A stretch of 59,097 nucleotides of DNA, counting the filler. It is 3 parts of 3 records of this genome, joined end to end, with 100 filler letters (N's around TTAATTAATTAA, not from the genome) between each part and the next. Parts side by side here need not be neighbours in the genome. Positions count along the whole stretch, not along the records: positions 27,622 to 41,928 come from DRR723986_4167; 2 more parts are not named here. One strand, written 5' to 3'. Within the stretch, counting starts at the first letter, position 1, and each line of letters starts with the position of its first letter. The notes under the pieces are model-generated. The model saw only the letters and a program-made list of their open reading frames with translations. It did no database searches and was not told the DNA's origin. Shown here one piece after another: positions 29,240 to 37,028 of this stretch. The position numbers and the translations under genes were made by a program.

Positions 29240-30078
29240 CGACGCGTCAACGAATTCAAACACTGCAGGTGTTCAACGGCGGCAAGCCTTGCGGCTGGTT
29301 GGGGCAAACAGCTACGGGCTTTTGGTTTCACTACGCCAGCAATACGCCACAGCAACACTGGGTCAGTTTGCTGATGCCACCCAGCATCAATTTTTATCAG
29401 CAAGCCGAACTGTTTCCGGTGTTTGCTCAACACCTTGGTGGGCGTGCTGGTTTGGACGCCGATGTGCTCAACCAACTACACCAGTTCAACGGTCAACAAC
29501 TTGGCTCGCTTAGTTTTGCCAACCCAGACAACCCCGTGGTTACTCCGCCACTGCGTACCCCGCCGCAGCTTGTGGCCGGGCAACGTGCACTCATCGCGAA
29601 CCCAAACACTTCCACAGTTCGCCGCCCTTTTGCCGACACCATGGTGCACCACCCCAGTTGCTGGCCGCTTATTCAAACCCTGCAACAACTGAAAAAACAA
29701 GCCGACCCCAACAACCGCCTGCATGCCTTGCGCTGGGCACAGCTTGCGCAACACACTGGCGAATGGGTGCAACACCCCCGGCCCGACCTGGCCCCTTATC
29801 AGCAACACCTGTATGGGTTTGAAGCTGTGCATGCAGTGCTCAACTTAAGCCCTCAACGATTCAACACACTTTTAGAAAACGGCAACAGGCTCGAGCAAGT
29901 GCTGCATGAAGCAGCACGCACTTACTGCAAAAACTTTTCAGCTGAAATTGAACTGCTGCAAAAGCTTCTGCCTTTCATCGCGCGGGGGCACCTGCAAGCA
30001 AGCCTGGTGTACCAGCAACAAGCAGCGCACACATCGCGCCCCATCGTATTGGGCCTAGAGTATCTTCCACTGTATTAG
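29236..30078 (+). CDS. Divergent HipA homologue with an N-terminal coupled domain and no catalytic residues (pseudokinase)
   Basis: N-terminus LQVF..GKPCGWL....GFWFHY...VSLLMP...LFPVFAQHL resembles HipA-N. Downstream traces are RPDL..GFEA and RGHLQASLVY, but NxDxHxKN and PxYD are missing. Confidence 0.7.
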   Translation: MTTRQRIQTLQVFNGGKPCGWLGQTATGFWFHYASNTPQQHWVSLLMPPSINFYQQAELFPVFAQHLGGRAGLDADVLNQLHQFNGQQLGSLSFANPDNPVVTPPLRTPPQLVAGQRALIANPNTSTVRRPFADTMVHHPSCWPLIQTLQQLKKQADPNNRLHALRWAQLAQHTGEWVQHPRPDLAPYQQHLYGFEAVHAVLNLSPQRFNTLLENGNRLEQVLHEAARTYCKNFSAEIELLQKLLPFIARGHLQASLVYQQQAAHTSRPIVLGLEYLPLY

Positions 30079-30179
30079 AATTTAAACAATTCCGTTGGTT
30101 AACAAACCAAATATTCTATTGGGCTGGAATTTTTATAAATCGAGCGGTATGATCAAGTTTAATTCCGGTTGAGTAGAAT
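30064..30179 (+). promoter_or_regulatory. Three palindromic operator-like sites TTCY-N8-RGAA upstream of hipB
   Basis: CTTCC-N8-AGAAT (30064), ATTCT-N8-GGAAT (30113) and ATTCC-N8-AGAAT (30162). A TATGAT -10 candidate lies at 30148-30153. Confidence 0.65.
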
Positions 30180-30181
30180 TT

Positions 30182-30460
30182 ATGAAGAAAGTCACCCCAT
30201 CTCCAACACCGAGCACCGACTCCCCCTGCGAGCCGGCGTCCCTTGGCCTTTTCATCAAAGCCGCCCGCACCCAACAAGGCCTGACCATTGAGCAGGCCGC
30301 TGCGCTCACTGGTGTCAGTTTGGGCACCTTTGTAGCGGCCGAAAATAAAACCGCAACATTAAAGCTGGCCACAGTTTTCAAAATTCTGAACAGTCTTGGA
30401 ATACAGCTTCATGCGCGGTTGCAGAATACACAAGCCGGGGAGGCTCATGGCTGGTTCTGA
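30182..30460 (+). CDS. hipB: HipB-like XRE antitoxin
   Basis: LGLFIKAARTQQGLTIEQAAALTGVS...ILNSLGI; overlaps the hipA start. Confidence 0.85.
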   Translation: MKKVTPSPTPSTDSPCEPASLGLFIKAARTQQGLTIEQAAALTGVSLGTFVAAENKTATLKLATVFKILNSLGIQLHARLQNTQAGEAHGWF

Positions 30461-31772
30461 GCATCAAACCCTGGGCCTATACATGGGTCAACAACATGTG
30501 GCCACCATACAGTTTGAGTACACCCGCATTCATCACTTTGAATACACCCCGGAATGGCGACAACAAGGCTTCGCACTTTCACCACACCTGCCACTTCAAG
30601 GCCCGACTGGCGAAAAAGCAGCCAACCTGTTTTTACGCAATATGTTTCCCGAAGGCAACGTGTTCGACAAAGCGTTGCAATACCTTGCCATCAGCAAAGA
30701 AAACCACTTTGCAATTCTGGGCACACTTGGCCTTGAAGCCCCGGGATCACTGGCTTTGGCAGCAAATATTGAACAACTCCAACAACCCGCACAATTCCAG
30801 CCCCTCGATTTGCACGAACTGGAAAAACGACTGGACGACAGTGATCGAAACCTGGCCATTTGGAACGGAAAAGTGCGCCTTTCAGCTGCTGGCGTGCAAG
30901 ACAAAATCAATGTAATGAAACACCCTACGCAAGGCTTGGGGTTTGCAGACGGGGCCTGGGTGTCTACTCACCTCTTGAAATTTGAATCGCCCAAGGCACC
31001 CGGGTTGGTCATCAACGAGTGGTTCACACTTCAATTGGGCAAGGCTGCCGGGTTGCCCGTCAATCACGCTGAAAAAATACAAATCGGCAAACACAGTGCC
31101 CTGCTGGTTGAACGCTTTGACCGTCGCTTTAACAAAGACCACACCCATGTGCAACGCAAACACACCATCGACGGTTGTCAGTTGCTGAACCGCGATGCAT
31201 TACAAAAGTACGAACGTCCGCTAGCCCATGGCAAACATACCCGCCATATTCGCGATGGTGTCTCTTTTTCCGAATTATTTGCGACACGGCGATGGGCCAA
31301 ACAACCCGCCAAACACACACTGCAACTTCTGGACTGGACCGTTTTTAATTTGCTCGTGGGCAATGCCGATTGTCATGCCAAGAATCTCAGCTTTTTCGTC
31401 GACGCCCAAGGCATCGAGTTAAGCACTTTTTACGACCTGGTGAATGTATTGCTTTTTGATTTTGCGCACGACTGGGCCATGGGCCTGGGTGACGAATTCC
31501 TGGACAACGGTTCGCTGCCGAGCACCTACGACCTTGCCTGCTTTGCACATGCATGCGAACTGCCCGGAAGATTAGTCAGCCAACGGTTTGAAAATCAAAT
31601 TAACATCCTTGGCAGCGCGGCAAAGTCGATGTTCAGTCAGTTACCCCCACTGTCAGAATTCGAACGTCAGCACCTTCATCAATACCAGCAAATTCTGGAC
31701 GCACGCCTTCGGCATTTCCACCAAAATGCCAAAGGCATCCAGCGCGCCATTTCAGATCTCATACTTTCTTGA
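30447..31772 (+). CDS. hipA: HipA family Ser/Thr kinase toxin
   Basis: LSPHLP, LSAAGVQDK, HLLK, NE, VERFDR, GNADCHAKN and FYD motifs, with a GGAGG RBS. Confidence 0.93.
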   Translation: MAGSEHQTLGLYMGQQHVATIQFEYTRIHHFEYTPEWRQQGFALSPHLPLQGPTGEKAANLFLRNMFPEGNVFDKALQYLAISKENHFAILGTLGLEAPGSLALAANIEQLQQPAQFQPLDLHELEKRLDDSDRNLAIWNGKVRLSAAGVQDKINVMKHPTQGLGFADGAWVSTHLLKFESPKAPGLVINEWFTLQLGKAAGLPVNHAEKIQIGKHSALLVERFDRRFNKDHTHVQRKHTIDGCQLLNRDALQKYERPLAHGKHTRHIRDGVSFSELFATRRWAKQPAKHTLQLLDWTVFNLLVGNADCHAKNLSFFVDAQGIELSTFYDLVNVLLFDFAHDWAMGLGDEFLDNGSLPSTYDLACFAHACELPGRLVSQRFENQINILGSAAKSMFSQLPPLSEFERQHLHQYQQILDARLRHFHQNAKGIQRAISDLILS

Positions 31773-31926
31773 ACTGTCAGCATTTTTACACCCTTTAAAT
31801 GCGGGGTATTGAATAGCAAAATCATTTGCTATTTTTGTATCATCAAAGCAATTACTATCCCGTACAAGCAAGCCGGGCCGCCATGTTGTCACAAACCTGA
31901 CTTATTTTTAAATAGGCCCGATCGCC

Positions 31927-34536
31927 ATGAATTTTGCTCGTCTATTGTCAGCAACGCTGCTGGCAACCCTGCCCGCGTTGGCCCAATCATTACCAGGCCC
32001 GCAGCTTGCGCAAGCCACTGTAATATCCCCAGCCAATGCAACCATCAATGGAATTTTTACAGCCAGCATTGCTCGCGCCAGCGATGGCCGAAGCGTAGTA
32101 GCTTGGGCCGAAGAAGGTTTCATTTACCTGCAACGTGTTAATGCCGATGGCACATTGAATGGCATGCGAATCAATGGCAACGCTCTTGGAACAGGTACGG
32201 TTCGAGACCTGCAAGTGGCCATGGACAACAGCGCAAATTTCGCGATCATTTACACCAAAGGTTTTGCACAAGACGCCAAAACCTATTTCCGGCGTTTCAA
32301 CGCCGACGGCAGCCCTGAAACCCAACAGTTCGAAGATCAATCTACATTGACCGGCATTCCTGGCCAGACCGGGTTTGACACCTGTGCCAACAGCCGAGCC
32401 AGCGCCACATCCCTGCCCTCACTCAGCATGGACAATGCTGGCAACGTAGCACTCACTTTCAGTGTGGGGCAGTACTGCGGCTCAATAGCCATTTCAAATC
32501 AGCTTCGCTACCGATACCTGCCCAAAAACGGGCTTGGTTCCGAACCAATACTGGTCGGCACACTTGATTCCAGCGATGGTACCGCCAAAGACTTCATCAG
32601 CCAGGTCGATGTGCAGGAAGGCAACAGTGTGGTGGTGTTCAGCCGACCAATGGCCAACTCGACAACAAGCACCTTGGCAGCTCGCCGATTCACTGGTGCC
32701 ACATTCAATGGTGACCCTATCGATGTTGCTGCAAGTGGCCTCAACCTGGTGGGCCCACACAGCCTGGGTGTGTTGCAAACCCCAAGTGGCGGGTTTGTTG
32801 CCGCCTGGAATTCACGGCAATTCAATCCTGACACCAACAGCTTCAGGCCTGCGCGTGTTTCACTTCGCCGGTTCAATGCCAGCAATGTAGCAACCGACAC
32901 CTCTGCCATAGAATTAACCGGTTCTTCGCTTCTGGGCTTGCAGCAAGAAGCCGATGGCGACTACGCAGTCATCATGAGCACCAGCACAACGTGGATAGGC
33001 CAACGCTATAGCGCAGCGGGTGTTGCAGGAAGCCAATTCACCAACGGTTTTTATTTGAATGATTACGACGCAACCACGCCAATTGCGGTTTCCAAACGCT
33101 TGGCCAGCAATGACCATGAATTTTTATACAACCGCGACGATGATCGAACCGAGCCCGACAACGCTTTGCGCGTAGTGCGCTATGGTGGCCCGGAAGGCAC
33201 CCCAAAATTGACCATGCAGCTAAGCCAAAACCCAATTGTGGCCGGCATGGGTGATCAAGTTATTTTGAGGTGGATTAGCAATGTGGTGGGGCCCTTCAGC
33301 AATGGCACTTGCCAGGCCACCGGCAACTGGGGTGGCTTTGTAGCCCCCACTGGCACCCGCGACCTTGGCTTTTTCACGGTGGCTGGCGACCGCACTTACG
33401 GATTAATTTGCGGACAAAACGCACAGGGGTTGGTGCAAGAAGTAACACTGAACGTACAAAGTACCGACCAACCCTTGCCAACACCCACAGTAAGCCTGGC
33501 TGTTTCACCCACCAGCATTGCCAGTGGCAGTGCTGCCCAAATTAACTGGAGCAGCACCAACGCCACCACTTGCGAAGCCAGTGGCGCCTGGAGCGGCACC
33601 AAAGCCACCAGCGGCAGCGAAAGCACCGGCACTTTAAACAATCCCGGCACACTCACCTACACCCTGACTTGCCGCAACCAGGGCGGCCCCACCGCCACGC
33701 AGTCTGCTGAACTTCAAGTGCAAGCAGACACCACGCCCAACCTGTTTAGCTTCACAGCAGCAACAAATTCAAATCCTGGTGTGCTGGTTGAATCAAACAC
33801 AGTCACCATTTCCGGCATTAACGGTGCAGCGCCAATCAGTATTGCAGGCGGCAGCTACAGCATCAATGGCGGCGCATACACGGCCACCAACGGCACAATC
33901 AGCAATGGAAACACCTTGCGGTTGCGCACCACAGCCAACAACACTCCTGGCGCAACCAGCACAGCCACGGTAAATGTAGGTGGCTTTGAAGCGGTATTCA
34001 CCAGCACCACACGCATGCCCGACAACGCCTCGACGGCAATGGTTGAGGACACGGGCAACAACCCGGTGCAGTTTATGAGCAACGAGGGAACCATTACCAA
34101 CCTGCGCAGTGTACCCACTCCCCAGGGTGCGCCAACCACGCGCGAGTACCCCAACGGCTTCTTCGCATTCAACATTGACAACGTAACCGCGGGCGGCACG
34201 GTCACCGTCATGATCACCCTCCCAACCAATGCACGCCCCACCAGCTACGTGAAGTGCAACGATGCAGGCACCAGCTGCTCTGAATTTGCAGGTGCCACCT
34301 TCAACAACAATGTGGTGGTGCTTACTTTGACCGACAACGGCGCCGGTGACACCGACCCACGAGCCGGCTTTATTGCCGACCCCGGAGCACCCGCTGTTAC
34401 TCCCGCTGCAGCCGGTGGTGGTGGCAGTACAACCACTACCGCCACCTCGGCGGGTGGAGGGGGTGGCAGCCTGAATGCCCTGCTATTGCCGCTGGTTGGC
34501 TTGTTGTTGTGGCGAGTGCGCCGCAAAGCAGGCTAA
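31927..34536 (+). CDS. Large secreted surface protein with Ig-like domains, a choice-of-anchor U domain and a GlyGly-CTERM-like tail
   Basis: Signal peptide, WSSTNATTC...W...YTLTC Ig-like modules, and YPNGFFAF...YVK...LTLTDNGAGDTD...IADPG. The tail is GGGGGSL, a hydrophobic stretch, then RVRRK. Confidence 0.82.
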   Translation: MNFARLLSATLLATLPALAQSLPGPQLAQATVISPANATINGIFTASIARASDGRSVVAWAEEGFIYLQRVNADGTLNGMRINGNALGTGTVRDLQVAMDNSANFAIIYTKGFAQDAKTYFRRFNADGSPETQQFEDQSTLTGIPGQTGFDTCANSRASATSLPSLSMDNAGNVALTFSVGQYCGSIAISNQLRYRYLPKNGLGSEPILVGTLDSSDGTAKDFISQVDVQEGNSVVVFSRPMANSTTSTLAARRFTGATFNGDPIDVAASGLNLVGPHSLGVLQTPSGGFVAAWNSRQFNPDTNSFRPARVSLRRFNASNVATDTSAIELTGSSLLGLQQEADGDYAVIMSTSTTWIGQRYSAAGVAGSQFTNGFYLNDYDATTPIAVSKRLASNDHEFLYNRDDDRTEPDNALRVVRYGGPEGTPKLTMQLSQNPIVAGMGDQVILRWISNVVGPFSNGTCQATGNWGGFVAPTGTRDLGFFTVAGDRTYGLICGQNAQGLVQEVTLNVQSTDQPLPTPTVSLAVSPTSIASGSAAQINWSSTNATTCEASGAWSGTKATSGSESTGTLNNPGTLTYTLTCRNQGGPTATQSAELQVQADTTPNLFSFTAATNSNPGVLVESNTVTISGINGAAPISIAGGSYSINGGAYTATNGTISNGNTLRLRTTANNTPGATSTATVNVGGFEAVFTSTTRMPDNASTAMVEDTGNNPVQFMSNEGTITNLRSVPTPQGAPTTREYPNGFFAFNIDNVTAGGTVTVMITLPTNARPTSYVKCNDAGTSCSEFAGATFNNNVVVLTLTDNGAGDTDPRAGFIADPGAPAVTPAAAGGGGSTTTTATSAGGGGGSLNALLLPLVGLLLWRVRRKAG

Positions 34537-34558
34537 ACCCAGCCCTGTTGTCGTGAAT

Positions 34559-34594
34559 AAGCCCGGCTGGTCACACACTGGCCGGGCTTTTTTT
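34559..34594 (+). terminator. Intrinsic terminator
   Basis: AAGCCCGGC...GCCGGGCTT followed by a T-run. Confidence 0.85.
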
Positions 34595-34770
34595 ACAATG
34601 TAAAATTAGTAGTACCCTGAATACGTGACAAATACCGAAATGCCTACTAAAGGACTAAAAATTTAATAAACCATTCTAAAAATCTACCTCATAATAAACA
34701 GCAGAAGGTAAGAATATGCCTGACAACACTATTAAACATTTTTTAACATTTATTATTCCAGGTTATTGCC

Positions 34771-35193
34771 ATGACTATTATTGCGATTGCAGCCGGGCTA
34801 ATAGCAGCCCTGTTGATCGGCAGGCAAATATTACAAAGCGGACTGTTGTTGGCCAATCGGGACAAGTTTATTACGCACAATGTGCGGTTTAAAAAACTGC
34901 CCACAGGCGAACTGCATTTGAAAGCCACAGGCGGCTTGCTCACCGACAAGTTTGACATCAAACTGCACACCAGCGACATCGACCTGTTCGCCTTTGCCAT
35001 TGGCCACAGGCCCATGAACAAAGGCCTGGACAAGGCAGGCTACAAGGTTTACCGCTTGGTACATGTGCAGCGCAAAGCCAGTCCTGAATTTTTGCGTACC
35101 ACCATCGGCGACTTTACTTTGAAGCCCAGTGCACAAAACAAATTTGAAAGATTCACCAGTCAGTTTGTTCAATTGGAAAAATCAGCCGCCTGA
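34771..35193 (+). CDS. Hypothetical membrane-anchored protein
   Basis: N-terminal TM segment plus a basic soluble domain, followed by a terminator. The true start may be 34716 with a frameshift. Confidence 0.6.
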   Translation: MTIIAIAAGLIAALLIGRQILQSGLLLANRDKFITHNVRFKKLPTGELHLKATGGLLTDKFDIKLHTSDIDLFAFAIGHRPMNKGLDKAGYKVYRLVHVQRKASPEFLRTTIGDFTLKPSAQNKFERFTSQFVQLEKSAA

Positions 35194-35211
35194 ATAAGTA
35201 TTAAGACCCAC

Positions 35212-35243
35212 AAAAAAGCCCTGTCAATTGCAGGGCTTTTTTT
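35212..35243. terminator. Bidirectional intrinsic terminator
   Basis: AAAAAAGCCCTG-TCAATTG-CAGGGCTTTTTTT between convergent genes. Confidence 0.85.
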
Positions 35244-35356
35244 ATTTCCGATTATCTACAGGCGCAAAAAAATAATCGCTTTAATTCATTATTAAAACGA
35301 GTTCAATTAAATCAGTCCAAATCAATCTTCTTAATACCGTCCAATTCCAGGTGCCA

Positions 35357-36604
35357 TTATTCCCACCCGGCATTCTTGGCAATATAACGCCCAAGTACCT
35401 GGTACGACACCACATACAACAACGTGGTTAGCGCAAAGCCCATGGCAGGCAAACCCGCACGGTCAAAATACAAGGCCATGGCCACCGACACAGCAGCGAA
35501 CAACCACAAAAATGGTGAGGCCTGTGAGTTCACACAGATGCCATGTGCACCACCGCGCTTGCGCGCCATAATTTGCAGGCTGCGCTGAAAGTACTGATGA
35601 AAATGCGAGCGGTCAGGCTGACCGGGGTCGGCGTTCACCAGCTTGCGGCGCAAAATGGAATACATCACTTCCACCACCGGGTAAGCCAACACCGACAACA
35701 CCGCCCAGGCGTTTACGTCGTTGTAATTGGCCTGCAAGAGCACCGCCAGTACCGCCAAGGCGAAGCCCAAAAAGTACGCGCCGCCATCGCCCAGAAACAG
35801 GCGCCCCACCGGGAAATTGAACACCCAAAAGCCCAACACAGCTGCGGTTAGCAACAGCGAATACAAAGCCATATCCATGGCTTGGTGCTGCAAGCCCAAC
35901 AGGCCCAAGCCCAGGGCCAAAATACACACCACGCCAGCAGCCAAACCGTTCAAACCGTCGATCAGGTTAATGGCGTTGCTGTAACCGCTCATCGCAAATG
36001 CAGTGAAGCACCACGCCACCGGTGCAAAGGCCAACAGTTTGTCCACTGGCCCCAAGCTAACCGATGTAATTACAGCGCCCAAGGCTGCACATGCCAAAAA
36101 GCCACCGAGAAAGGTGGCTTGCAAACGCAGTTTGACTGAAATTTTCTTGGTGATGTCTTCGGCAAAGCCGATCATGAACACAGGCAAACCGCACACCAAC
36201 AGCAGCAAGTTCACCTCAAACAGGGGGTGGTCTCGAAACCCCATCCACGCCACACCCGCAGCCACCGCCAAGAAAATTGGCAAACCACCAATTCTGGGCA
36301 CTGCTACCTGGTGCAGCTTTTGTACCCCGTTCAGGTCATTGTCAAGGCTAAAACGGGCGTGCCATTGTTTAGTCAGCAGAACGGACACACAACCCAATAC
36401 ACTCACCCCAAACAAACCACCGAACAATAGAATGGGGCTTGTAGTTGAACCGGTCAGCTTGATGTGGTTGGCGATGTGAATGGTTCCAGACAATACAAGA
36501 ACCACAAATGCGGCGAATGCGCTCCACACCCACAGGCGAGAAGTGAACACCAAGCTGACACGCCCGCCAAAGCCGGGCGACTGTGTTTTTATCGGGGTAC
36601 TCAT
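35357..36604 (-). CDS. MraY/WecA-family undecaprenyl-phosphate sugar-1-phosphate transferase (glycosyltransferase family 4)
   Basis: VPRIGG, NAINLIDGLNGLA, NFP..LFLGDGGAY and PDRSHFH motifs; multi-TM. Confidence 0.92.
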   Translation of the reverse strand: MSTPIKTQSPGFGGRVSLVFTSRLWVWSAFAAFVVLVLSGTIHIANHIKLTGSTTSPILLFGGLFGVSVLGCVSVLLTKQWHARFSLDNDLNGVQKLHQVAVPRIGGLPIFLAVAAGVAWMGFRDHPLFEVNLLLLVCGLPVFMIGFAEDITKKISVKLRLQATFLGGFLACAALGAVITSVSLGPVDKLLAFAPVAWCFTAFAMSGYSNAINLIDGLNGLAAGVVCILALGLGLLGLQHQAMDMALYSLLLTAAVLGFWVFNFPVGRLFLGDGGAYFLGFALAVLAVLLQANYNDVNAWAVLSVLAYPVVEVMYSILRRKLVNADPGQPDRSHFHQYFQRSLQIMARKRGGAHGICVNSQASPFLWLFAAVSVAMALYFDRAGLPAMGFALTTLLYVVSYQVLGRYIAKNAGWE

Positions 36605-37028
36605 GAAGCACCTGCCTCTGTCTTATTTGACCAATGCTGTTTAATTAAGGGGCACAAACACCCTTTATTCCCGGCATTGAAAATTACGCAACTTTATAAA
36701 CTGCAATCAGTACAAATTCGACCGATTTGCAGGAGTAAAAAAATATGTTGTTTAACGGTTTACTTGCCTTGAGCAAACTTCTGGGCCACAACACCAGTAC
36801 CGCACAACTGAAAGCAAAATTGGCGCGTTGGGTTCAGCCTGCATAAATATTCAAGCTAAATATTAATAGTAAACCCGCCTTCACAGCACCCCATGAATTG
36901 GGGGTAGCGCCACAATTTATTGCACTAGCGTAACCTCAAACCTATTGCGAATTATAGGGCTTAGAGGAAACACTCCAGGAATATATTGCAACGCATCATA
37001 CAGAAAGCCTAGTCTTTTTGCATGAGGC

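Noticed and set aside
36899-36911. ops-like GGGGGTAGCG near the capsule genes
   Set aside because: It has a mismatch and lies on the strand opposite the capsule genes. No JUMPstart context.
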